Shown here piece by piece: positions 38,858-47,740 of a DNA stretch of 63,097 nucleotides; the stretch's first letter is position 1, and each line of letters begins with the position of its first letter. Under the pieces are notes generated by a model. That model made no database searches and was not told where the DNA came from. It saw only the letters and a list, made by a program, of their open reading frames with translations. Source of the DNA: a virus (lineage: Duplodnaviria; Caudoviricetes); IMG/VR virus record IMGVR_UViG_3300028840_003063, positions 1-63,097 of that record; one strand, given 5' to 3'. Made by a program: the position numbers and the translations under genes.

Positions 38858-39559
38858 ATGTCAGATGAATTAAAAAATGATAGTGTTGTTGTAGAACAAG
38901 AACAAGAACAAGATCAAGCGGTAGATCAACCAGTGGAAACACAAAAAGATCAAATTGTTAATGAAGATAAGGAATTATATAATTCTTTAAAAAATGATTT
39001 TGAAGAAATGAAAAAAAGTATGTCTGCTTGGCAAGAAAAAGAAAAGGTTTATAAAAACCAAATCAAAGGTCTTGATCGTAAGAATACCGAGCTGTCACAA
39101 AAAGTTAAACAATTGACACAAAAAGAAATGAGTGCAGAGGAAATAATTGAGCAACAAAGAAAAGAACTAGAAGACGGGTTTAAGTCTTTATGGTGTGAAA
39201 AAGCAGTTGCTATTAATTTTTCAGACTATGAGGAAGAAGAACAGGGAATTTTAAAAACTTATGTATATGGTAATAATGAAGAAGAACAAATTGCCTCTGC
39301 AAAATCGCTTAGAGATATCATGGATAAAAAAATAAAAGACGGTATTTCAAAAGGTGTTGAAGAAAAGCTTGCACAAGGCTATAAGCCTAAATCAAGTGGT
39401 GTTCAAGGGCAGGGTGTAAAGACGTTACAAGACATGACAAATCAAGAGCTAGCACAACTAGCAAAAGATGTTGTTAAAATGCCAAGTGGAAAAGACAAAG
39501 ACGAAAAACTAAAAGCTCTCGCAGAAGAAGAAGATAGAAGAAGAAGGGAGCTTTACTAA
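38858..39559 (+). CDS. Capsid scaffolding protein
   Basis: Acidic coiled coil immediately before the capsid gene. Confidence 0.7.
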   Translation: MSDELKNDSVVVEQEQEQDQAVDQPVETQKDQIVNEDKELYNSLKNDFEEMKKSMSAWQEKEKVYKNQIKGLDRKNTELSQKVKQLTQKEMSAEEIIEQQRKELEDGFKSLWCEKAVAINFSDYEEEEQGILKTYVYGNNEEEQIASAKSLRDIMDKKIKDGISKGVEEKLAQGYKPKSSGVQGQGVKTLQDMTNQELAQLAKDVVKMPSGKDKDEKLKALAEEEDRRRRELY

Positions 39560-39572
39560 ATAGGAGAATAAC

Positions 39573-40430
39573 ATGGCAGATGTTTTTACTGAATTTATTC
39601 CTGAAATTTGGTCTGCTAGAATACTTGAAGAAAAGAAAAAGGCTCATGTGTTCGCACAATTAGCCAATACTGATTATCAAGGTGAAATAACAGCAGCAGG
39701 CGATCAGGTAAGAATTCCACAGGTAGGATTACCAACCGTAAATAGTTATACAAGAAATAACTTTTCAAATGGTCTTACAAAAGAAACTGCTAATGTTGCA
39801 AGCATGACATTAGTAGTAGATCAAGAAAAATATGTAAATATTTTGCTTGATGACGTTGATATAAAACAGTCAAAACCAAACTTTATACCAACATTACAAA
39901 CAAATATTGCTTATCAATTGGCCGATAGCCAAGATCAATATATATCGGGACTAGCAACAGAGTCCGGAATAACATCAACTTCTAACAGTGCTAGTTCAAG
40001 AGTATTGATAGGTTCTAGTAACATCAAAACTGAACTATTGTTAATAGGGAAAGAATTTGACGAGGGTAACGTTCAAAGAAACGGCCGATATGCTGTCATA
40101 AATCCAGCACTAATGTTTGAATTGATTGACGCTGGCGTATTAGAGCAATCTAATAACGATACTACTTGGATGAATGGATATATTAACGATGCGTATGGTT
40201 GGAAAATTTATGTTTCTAACAATTTAACATCAACAGCTTCTTCATCGGTTAATTTATTTTTTGGTGTTGGGAATGAGTCTATTACAATGGCTGAACAAAT
40301 AACACAAGTCAAAATGGGTGAATTAACACAAGAGGGATTCGGTATGTATATCAAAGCTCTTCACGTATATGGTGCAAGAGTTATTCCAGACAGAACAGGT
40401 ATAGTATATGCCTTAGTAGCAAACGCGTAG
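39573..40430 (+). CDS. Major capsid protein (HK97 fold, P22-coat-like family)
   Basis: FIPEIWSA, DYQGEI..AGDQVRIP, YGW.IYVSNN, LHVYGARV. Confidence 0.88.
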   Translation: MADVFTEFIPEIWSARILEEKKKAHVFAQLANTDYQGEITAAGDQVRIPQVGLPTVNSYTRNNFSNGLTKETANVASMTLVVDQEKYVNILLDDVDIKQSKPNFIPTLQTNIAYQLADSQDQYISGLATESGITSTSNSASSRVLIGSSNIKTELLLIGKEFDEGNVQRNGRYAVINPALMFELIDAGVLEQSNNDTTWMNGYINDAYGWKIYVSNNLTSTASSSVNLFFGVGNESITMAEQITQVKMGELTQEGFGMYIKALHVYGARVIPDRTGIVYALVANA

Positions 40431-40440
40431 GGAGGTAGAA

Positions 40441-40824
40441 ATGGCAGCTTTTAGTACAACAGCAAGAAAACTAGGCGTTAACGGATTTTATCTTGACGTG
40501 ACAGGTTCTTTATTGAGTGGTTCTACGGCTACCTCTTCAATCACAATAACATGTGGAGCATTAGAAGATGTAGTTGTATTTGGTCATAATCCAACAGGTT
40601 CAGATGATATAACTTTAACATTATCAGCATCAACAAACACTTTTTACATTTCAGCTGGCAGAGGAGATAGAACTCTTACAACAGCTATGGCATCTAGTGA
40701 TTGGTTTGTTATAACACAAATGGAATCTAATTGGTTTCAATCAACAAGCAATACATTTACAATTGCAGCGACAACAGCTATTGCAATGTTTGCATTTGAA
40801 AGAAGTTCAACAAAACAAATATAG
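40441..40824 (+). CDS. Probable capsid decoration protein, Ser/Thr-rich
   Basis: GGAGG RBS right after the capsid gene; beta-rich composition. Confidence 0.55.
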   Translation: MAAFSTTARKLGVNGFYLDVTGSLLSGSTATSSITITCGALEDVVVFGHNPTGSDDITLTLSASTNTFYISAGRGDRTLTTAMASSDWFVITQMESNWFQSTSNTFTIAATTAIAMFAFERSSTKQI

Positions 40825-40851
40825 TTTCCCCCTTGACTATATTTATTATAC

Positions 40852-40876
40852 ACGGGAGTGGTCGTGAGATTGCTCC
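40852..40876 (+). terminator. Hairpin after the capsid genes
   Basis: GGGAGTGGTC-GTGA-GATTGCTCCC; no U-tract. Confidence 0.35.
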
Positions 40877-40912
40877 CAATATTTAGGGGAAAAAATTTTA
40901 AAAGGGGATATA

Positions 40913-41974
40913 ATGACAAAAGAAAAAAGGACAACAAATGATTACATTAAGGATTTAACCGGCAAAGAAATGCCAAAAGTAGAAAAAAAAGGTAAAGAAG
41001 TTAAAAAGATAATTAGTATCTTAGGTACTGCCGGAAGCAGAAGCATGGCTAATTGGGGTGATTCAAGATGTGAATTTTGGGGGGTTGCTCATTGTTTGTT
41101 ATTAAGCGATATAAAAAAGTTAGATAAGGTCTTTGAAATTCACTTGCCATATATATATAATCAGGAGATATCACCGTTTTCTCAAAAACCTATTATTTAT
41201 CATGCAAACAAAGAATATAGCTTAGGTAAATATCAAAAAGATAATTTTGGTATGCCTTGTAGAGACATTAAAGATATAACAGCAATATTGCCCGTACAAG
41301 ACAATAATATTAACAAATATGAAATTTTCCCACGTGAAGAAATTAAAGCTAAATATAAAGATTTATTGCCGCCGAGCGATGCTTTTTATGCAACTAACTC
41401 TATTGCTTGGATGATATGTTTAGCAATTGAACAAAAACCCGATAGAATCGAACTATGGGGAATACATTTAGAAACCGATTCAGAGTGGCAATATGAGCGC
41501 CCTTGTGTTGAGTTTTGGTTGGGCATTGCAAGAGGCATGGGGATAGAAATTTACATTCCAGAAGCAGCCGATTTGTTAAAAGCTTATCACGAATACGGAT
41601 TTGCCGATATTGAAGTTAGAAGGAAAAAACTAAAAGTCAGGTTAGATAATTTTCAAAAAAACATACAAGATTATACAAGTGAAATTAACAGATTGTTGAC
41701 TAGAAAAAAAACACTAATAGAAAACATGAGAATATCTTTTAAAGATAAAGTAGTTCAAATGGAAAATGAGAAAAAGCGGTTACAAGAAGAGATAAAAAAA
41801 TATAATGAAAAAAATGAAGAAGATAAAATAAAGTTTGAAAAAAATATTAAAGATAAAATGCAAAAAGAAGTAATTAATTTAGATGTTAAAATCAGGCAAT
41901 TAGAAAATAGGGCAAGCGCTTTTCATGGGGGCAGAGAGCAAATAGAATATGAAATTAAACAATTAAATGCATAG
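40913..41974 (+). CDS. Putative glycosyltransferase with sialyltransferase/Maf-like motif layout and coiled-coil tail
   Basis: ISILGTAGS...FWGV...TNSIAWMICLAIEQKPDRIELWGIH. Confidence 0.45.
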   Translation: MTKEKRTTNDYIKDLTGKEMPKVEKKGKEVKKIISILGTAGSRSMANWGDSRCEFWGVAHCLLLSDIKKLDKVFEIHLPYIYNQEISPFSQKPIIYHANKEYSLGKYQKDNFGMPCRDIKDITAILPVQDNNINKYEIFPREEIKAKYKDLLPPSDAFYATNSIAWMICLAIEQKPDRIELWGIHLETDSEWQYERPCVEFWLGIARGMGIEIYIPEAADLLKAYHEYGFADIEVRRKKLKVRLDNFQKNIQDYTSEINRLLTRKKTLIENMRISFKDKVVQMENEKKRLQEEIKKYNEKNEEDKIKFEKNIKDKMQKEVINLDVKIRQLENRASAFHGGREQIEYEIKQLNA

Positions 41975-41983
41975 GAGCAAAAA

Positions 41984-42208
41984 ATGAAAATGAAAGTTAA
42001 TGAGTTTGAAGTAGCAAACAACCTTACGGCACAAAATGTTACTATAACAAGCTCAACCGATACAACAAGCATTACAGTTGTAACGGCTATAACAACTAGC
42101 GAATCTACACAATTCCAATTCAACACACAAACAATATATTTTTCGGGTGGCGTTTGGACAGATTTGGGCGCAGAATCAACAAGTACAGTAACTACAAGCA
42201 CCAGTTAG
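41984..42208 (+). CDS. Ser/Thr-rich small virion protein
   Basis: TSSTDTTS...ESTSTVTTSTS. Confidence 0.6.
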   Translation: MKMKVNEFEVANNLTAQNVTITSSTDTTSITVVTAITTSESTQFQFNTQTIYFSGGVWTDLGAESTSTVTTSTS

Positions 42209-42217
42209 GAGTTTTAT

Positions 42218-42502
42218 ATGGCAATACACGAGCCTTCACAAACATATTTATGGCAATTGGCCAATACATCGGGCGGTGCTGGGTGTGAGATAGTAACAGA
42301 TACAGAGGCTCATATTGGTGATTATAGAGTTATCCAAATTGCAAGCACAGATGTTGTTTTTACGTCTATAACATCAACGTTAGTAACTAATAGTAGCGAA
42401 GCAAGTTCTTTGACCTCACTACCGATAGGTTTTACTATTTTATCGCCGTGCACAAGCGTTCAAGTAGACTCGGGGAATATAATACTATATAAAGAAGTAT
42501 GA
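42218..42502 (+). CDS. Ser/Thr-rich small virion protein
   Basis: GGAG RBS; structural region. Confidence 0.6.
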   Translation: MAIHEPSQTYLWQLANTSGGAGCEIVTDTEAHIGDYRVIQIASTDVVFTSITSTLVTNSSEASSLTSLPIGFTILSPCTSVQVDSGNIILYKEV

Positions 42503-43557
42503 TGAGTTTTTCATATAACTTAAATTTAAAAAGCAAAATATTACAAACTGTTTCATCCCCTGTTCAAGGTACACTAACATATGCGGGAAATATACAAGAT
42601 GCGACAAATTGTGATAATCCAACAGGCATAAAGATAAATTCGGCTAATAGTAAAATATATATATCACAATATGACGATGATTCTGCTAGTTGGTGGGGCG
42701 TAAGTTCAGGCGAGCCTTCTTATGTTGGAGAATACTCAAACTCTAATATAAACGGTGCAAACGAAATATTATTATCAGTAGATGAAGGTAACGCATATGT
42801 TGTGGCGGAAGTAGACACCATAGTTTGGTTTACGCTTAATAGCTCTGACGGCTCGCTTAGTTATGTTAGCAAACATACATCAACAGACATAGATGGCGCT
42901 ATTAATATGGGTATTAGCAACGATAACGATCACGTTTATGTTTTAAGCAAAAACAATAACGCTGTTAGTTGGTATGATCGCAGCACTTCTGATGGAAGCC
43001 TTTCTTATGTTGGGCAATATTCGGACGCAAACATAGCGTTCCCCAGATCAATAGTTTTTTCGTCAGAGTCAACAATGGCTTATATTTGTGGTAGAAATGC
43101 GAACTCAATATCTTGGTTAACAAGAAGTACAGCGGACGGGAGTTTAACTTTTGTTGACAATATAGTATCAACAGCGTTAGATGATGTATGGACACTATGT
43201 ACAAACCCAACTTATAGCAATGTTTATGCGGTGGCTTGGACTGGAAATAAAGTAAACACGTTTACAATTAATAGTTCAGATGGTAGTTTAACGCTACTAC
43301 AATCATTAGATAATACCGGCGCTTATGGGGTAGCCTGTTCAAAAGATGGTAATAATATATATGTATCTAGTAGAGAAAGTAATACAATATCATGGTATAG
43401 TGTTAATAGTTCAGATGGAAGCTTAGAATTTGTTGATAATTACACAAGCAGCAATATAGCGGGCGCCAATCAAATAGCAATATCAAACGATGATAAATAT
43501 GTATATATTGTAGGAAGCTCTGGCGATTTGGTAGCTTGGTTTAATAGAACAACATAG
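42499..43557 (+). CDS. Beta-propeller protein (lactonase-like fold), probably structural
   Basis: About seven repeats of S.DG..VYV...N.ISW...SSDGSL.YV. Confidence 0.75.
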   Translation: MMSFSYNLNLKSKILQTVSSPVQGTLTYAGNIQDATNCDNPTGIKINSANSKIYISQYDDDSASWWGVSSGEPSYVGEYSNSNINGANEILLSVDEGNAYVVAEVDTIVWFTLNSSDGSLSYVSKHTSTDIDGAINMGISNDNDHVYVLSKNNNAVSWYDRSTSDGSLSYVGQYSDANIAFPRSIVFSSESTMAYICGRNANSISWLTRSTADGSLTFVDNIVSTALDDVWTLCTNPTYSNVYAVAWTGNKVNTFTINSSDGSLTLLQSLDNTGAYGVACSKDGNNIYVSSRESNTISWYSVNSSDGSLEFVDNYTSSNIAGANQIAISNDDKYVYIVGSSGDLVAWFNRTT

Positions 43558-43565
43558 GAGAAAAA

Positions 43566-43820
43566 ATGAGATTTAGGATAACAAATATAGGGAATAATCC
43601 GAGTGATTCTAATTATTTTGATATAGATGTGGATTATTTAGAAGATGATAACTCGGCGTTTAGAGCTTCAAATACGCTAACTTTGGTAAAACAAAATTAT
43701 AGATCACAACAAGCTATATTGGACTATATTGCAAGTGAAGTTATATTCCAATATGACAGAGTTAATATAAATGATATTATTAATGTTATTTATGATGCGG
43801 ATACGGTAATGCCGGTATAG
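43566..43820 (+). CDS. Hypothetical virion-region protein
   Basis: GGAG RBS. Confidence 0.6.
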   Translation: MRFRITNIGNNPSDSNYFDIDVDYLEDDNSAFRASNTLTLVKQNYRSQQAILDYIASEVIFQYDRVNINDIINVIYDADTVMPV

Positions 43821-43829
43821 GAGAAAGAG

Positions 43830-44399
43830 ATGTTACAACAACCAGCTTTTGATGTTTTGTTAGGGATGAAAGACCCAACAGGATCAAGTGTAAAAACTAT
43901 AACACATCTACACTCAAAAATTCACTCAGGGAAAGCATTTAAAGCTTGTTTTACAAGCTCTGCAACAACGGATGGTGCAGTTGTATATTTACAAATTAAC
44001 GGTTCAAGTGATGTAGATGCGCATTTAAAAGAGTTTAATGTTCACACTTCTGAGGGATTTTTGGATATAAAATTTATTGAATGTTCAACATCTAGCACAC
44101 ATACAACTGGTAGTGCGAGTGTTTCGGTTTATGATAAAAATAGAACAACTAAAAACAGCGCAAACATTACGTTTTTTTCTGACCCCACAGATGTTAATAG
44201 CACGGCTAGCAATAATATTGTTATTGATAGGTTTCAAGTAGGAGGAACAGCAGGAAGCTCTTTAACGCCTACAGGTAGCCAGATTAACGTATCACAAGAT
44301 GAATGGGTTATAGGTAATAGTACATATATTATAGAAATAACGTGCCAAACAACAGCAGCTAGTTTCTATTTAAATGGATGTTTAATATTTTATGAGTAA
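43830..44399 (+). CDS. Ser/Thr-rich virion protein
   Basis: GGAG RBS; H..IH.G motif; beta-rich. Confidence 0.65.
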   Translation: MLQQPAFDVLLGMKDPTGSSVKTITHLHSKIHSGKAFKACFTSSATTDGAVVYLQINGSSDVDAHLKEFNVHTSEGFLDIKFIECSTSSTHTTGSASVSVYDKNRTTKNSANITFFSDPTDVNSTASNNIVIDRFQVGGTAGSSLTPTGSQINVSQDEWVIGNSTYIIEITCQTTAASFYLNGCLIFYE

Positions 44400-44427
44400 T
44401 CATAATGTCAGAAAGCAGAAATAGTTA

Positions 44428-44511
44428 ATGCCAAAGAAAATAAAAGGTAAGCCTAATAAGGGAACGCCAAAAGATATGAGATTAAAAAAAAATAAAAAAA
44501 GGAAAAAATAA
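44428..44511 (+). CDS. 27-aa basic peptide
   Basis: MPKKIKGKPNKGTPKDMRLKKNKKRKK; TAATG coupling to the next ORF. Confidence 0.45.
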   Translation: MPKKIKGKPNKGTPKDMRLKKNKKRKK

Positions 44512-44636
44512 TGCCGGCTAAACTAGAAAGGTGCGTAAGTAAAGTCATGGGAAAAGGCAAAAGTAAATCGAGCTCCTATGGGATATGTGTAAAATCTACT
44601 GGATTAAAACCAAAAAAACGTAAAAAGAGGAAGTAA
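44511..44636 (+). CDS. 41-aa basic peptide
   Basis: MPAKLERCVSKVMGKGKSKSSSYGICVKSTGLKPKKRKKRK; TAATG coupling on both sides. Confidence 0.55.
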   Translation: MPAKLERCVSKVMGKGKSKSSSYGICVKSTGLKPKKRKKRK

Positions 44637-45241
44637 TGTATAGACTATCTACTAATGTTTTGGTGGCTTCTAGTAACGTAAAGCTTTGGACTGGAATAAC
44701 AAGCACAGATTATGATGAAACAATTGAGGCATTAAACCCCATAATACTTGATGATATAACTAATTATTGTAAAAATAGTTTTGTTAGATCAACTATGTAT
44801 CAATGGGATGATAATATATCATTTTCTACAAGCACCGGGAGTAATAGTATTATAAGCAACGCCTCAACAAGTGATGTTGATTTCACAGAGTTTATAGATG
44901 TTGGAAATATTATAAGGGTTGTTGATGCAATCCAAAACAATGGTTATTTTTCTGTTGTAAGTGTTAATAGTACTGTAATTACAGTTAATGAAACTATAAA
45001 AACAGAGTCTAGTAGCACGGGTAAATTTCCTATTGTTTATAGAGTTGATTATCCTGACGACATTCCTTTTATAGGTGCTAAAATGATTCGTTGGAGTATA
45101 GATTCACAAAATAGAGATGGGTTAAGAAGTGAATCGTTAGGAGACTATTCATATACATTGCAGGAATTAGTTGGTAACAATATGTACCCTACAAACATTG
45201 TAGGGGGATTAAAAAAATATAAAAAGGCTAAATTTTTATAA
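44636..45241 (+). CDS. Head-tail adaptor
   Basis: ITNYCKNSF...GLRSESLGDYSYT. Confidence 0.75.
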   Translation: MYRLSTNVLVASSNVKLWTGITSTDYDETIEALNPIILDDITNYCKNSFVRSTMYQWDDNISFSTSTGSNSIISNASTSDVDFTEFIDVGNIIRVVDAIQNNGYFSVVSVNSTVITVNETIKTESSSTGKFPIVYRVDYPDDIPFIGAKMIRWSIDSQNRDGLRSESLGDYSYTLQELVGNNMYPTNIVGGLKKYKKAKFL

Positions 45242-45723
45242 TGTCTATAAGTGGATTTTACAATACAACAGCAATATTAGAAACTTTTACAACAACAGAA
45301 GATGAATATGGACAAGCTGTAAAAACATGGGTTGCTAGTACTACTATTATAGGTACTAAACAAGGCAGAAGTGGAAATAAAAGTGTTATAAATACACAGG
45401 ATCGTATTAGTAAAAACGAAAGGTTTTATTGCAACTATCAAACAATACATCCTTCTGGAAGATTAGTTTTTTCAAACTCTACTATAAGTTTTAACTTTCA
45501 AGGTACGGCCAGCGCAAGTATAGATTTAGCCAGCACAACTAAGGGGGCTTTATATTTTATAGATACGGCTTTTAGTACTTTTGGCCAATACGATTATGCC
45601 TTATTTAATGGCACTGCATATGTAACCCCTAACGTTACAAGAAATGATATACTTTTTGTGAACGATAGATTAAGAAATAGACACTTAGAAATAGACTTAG
45701 ACTTAGATCATAGAGATAGATAA
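45241..45723 (+). CDS. Head closure protein
   Basis: DEYGQAVKTW; HLEIDL; gene order. Confidence 0.65.
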   Translation: MSISGFYNTTAILETFTTTEDEYGQAVKTWVASTTIIGTKQGRSGNKSVINTQDRISKNERFYCNYQTIHPSGRLVFSNSTISFNFQGTASASIDLASTTKGALYFIDTAFSTFGQYDYALFNGTAYVTPNVTRNDILFVNDRLRNRHLEIDLDLDHRDR

Positions 45724-46061
45724 TGGCTGACATAAGAGTAAGCTTTACAGTTAACCCAGCGACAGAAGGACAAATAATAAACGCTGTTAATAGTGCATTA
45801 GAAAGCGCTGCTATATTTTTACAAAATGAGACTAAGAGTAGAGTCCCTGTTGATACTGGCAATTTAAAAGGTAGTATGTTATATGCTGTACAAAATTTTC
45901 AAATGGTGGTGTTCACGCCAATAGAATATGCGATACCATTAGAGTTTTCGACAAAAAAACCTAGAAGATCCGGGACTATACCTTTTATGAGGCCTGCTTT
46001 ATTTGAAAATAAAAGCGAGATTGAAAATATTATAGCTAATATAATGAGAGCAAGAATATGA
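45723..46061 (+). CDS. HK97 gp10-like neck/tail completion protein
   Basis: PVDTGNLKGS...YAIPLEF...PFMRPA. Confidence 0.85.
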   Translation: MADIRVSFTVNPATEGQIINAVNSALESAAIFLQNETKSRVPVDTGNLKGSMLYAVQNFQMVVFTPIEYAIPLEFSTKKPRRSGTIPFMRPALFENKSEIENIIANIMRARI

Positions 46062-46453
46062 ATTCAGATATATGGCTAGTTAATAAAATTAAAAACAGTA
46101 CGGTATCAAGTACGCGAGTTTATCCTAACTATATACCCGAATCTACATCAAATAACTATTCAGATCATATCCCGTGTATTGTATATCAATCCATAGGCTT
46201 TGATAGGAATAGAAAAAATAGACAAATTATTTATTCATTAACAAGTATACATAATTCAAAAAGTAATGTAGAAGATTTAAACGATCAATTATATAACCTG
46301 TTTGATAATTCAACACAATATATAAGGGAAAGTTCAAGCAATCTTCACACAATCAATGTTGAAATCATTAATAATGTGCCTAGCTTATATGATGATGACA
46401 ACAAGTACTGGACACGACCATTAGATATAAGTGTTTGGTATTACGTTAATTAA
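46058..46453 (+). CDS. Tail terminator protein
   Basis: RVYP...PCIVYQ; gene order. Confidence 0.65.
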   Translation: MNSDIWLVNKIKNSTVSSTRVYPNYIPESTSNNYSDHIPCIVYQSIGFDRNRKNRQIIYSLTSIHNSKSNVEDLNDQLYNLFDNSTQYIRESSSNLHTINVEIINNVPSLYDDDNKYWTRPLDISVWYYVN

Positions 46454-46464
46454 AGGAGAAAAAA

Positions 46465-47070
46465 ATGGCACAAAATACTATTCAAAATAGTTCTCTCTTA
46501 TTTCCGGAAGACGTTATTGTTTATGTAGCTGCTTATTCAACTGAGTTTACTACGTTGGCTGAATTGTCAAGCGCTAATTTTTTAAATTGTGGTGCATTGA
46601 CAGAATATTCAAGAGAAAGTGCAAATGAGTCGGTGCAGCCGGGGTCTTTTAATGTAGAACACGACCAGGTTGTAACCAAAGAGGCTGAGACTATAAATAT
46701 TACATTACAAGAATTTAATTCTAGTATTGTAAATTTATTACGAGGCACTATGAGTCAGCAAGTCACTACATCTCTTGATTTAATCGGTGGGACAAGTGCA
46801 GCAGATTTAGAAGTACTTTACTCTGGCGATGCAGATACAGTAACGGCGTGTATGTTGTGGGAAATAGCAACATACTCTGACGGAAGAACAAGACAAGCTT
46901 ACTTCCCTTATGTATTTTATGTAAGTGGAGGCTCTTATTCTGCGAAAAGTCAAGGTACTGGAGAATATGGCGATATGGGATTCCAATTAGAAGCAAGAGA
47001 ATCACCCGTATTAACATACAACAATAGAAAGCAATATAGAATAGAACTATTAAGCACAGCTTCAACTTAA
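46465..47070 (+). CDS. Major tail tube protein
   Basis: Position, size and strong RBS. Confidence 0.7.
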   Translation: MAQNTIQNSSLLFPEDVIVYVAAYSTEFTTLAELSSANFLNCGALTEYSRESANESVQPGSFNVEHDQVVTKEAETINITLQEFNSSIVNLLRGTMSQQVTTSLDLIGGTSAADLEVLYSGDADTVTACMLWEIATYSDGRTRQAYFPYVFYVSGGSYSAKSQGTGEYGDMGFQLEARESPVLTYNNRKQYRIELLSTAST

Positions 47071-47091
47071 TATTAATTTAAAGGGGGTTTT

Positions 47092-47738
47092 ATGAAAATT
47101 ATAGATTTAAGTTTATTTAACAAAGAGCCTGAGTTTGGATTTAAGGCAATTAGTGGGAAAGAATATATTGTTAATTTTGTTAATGCGGAAAACGAATTAA
47201 CATTAATGCAGGAACAAGAAGATATTGCGGCGGCTATTAGTAAGTGGAAGAATATCAAAATTGAAACATTGGATAAATGGAAACAAATATTAAAAAAACT
47301 TTTGAGAGAATGTAATAATAATTATAACACAGACGAAATAGAAAAAGATGTTAATGCATTAAAGCCAATACATATATTGACAATATTATTTGATGCTTGT
47401 AAGTATCTTAACGAAAGAGCACAAATATTATATGAGGTTTTCCCTGACGATACAAAAAAACAAGCTAAAAAACTTGAAAGAGAGCTTAAAAAAAAAGCAG
47501 CGTCAGCCTTATCAGAATCGGAAGCATGATATTAAGAGAATATAATCTTAATTGTGGGTTGAAAGAAATTTTTAAAAAATATGAGTGGTGGGAAATCTTA
47601 GGCTTAATGTATGCCAGTGAAGATTGGCTAAAACAACAAAACGAGGCGTATGTAGAAGCAAGACGTAGACAAGCAGAAAAAGAAAAAATAAAAAGTGGTA
47701 AGATGAATATGATATTCAGGCCTAAGAAAAAGAGGTAA
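47092..47738 (+). CDS. Tail assembly chaperones G (47092..47529) and GT via -1 frameshift
   Basis: A9 run at 47488-47496; the -1 frame is open into ORF 47526..47738; lies just before the tape measure gene. Confidence 0.75.
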
Positions 47739-47740
47739 TT

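Noticed and set aside
47488-47496. A9 run as an error or novelty
   Set aside because: It matches the well-known tail chaperone -1 frameshift position; ordinary.
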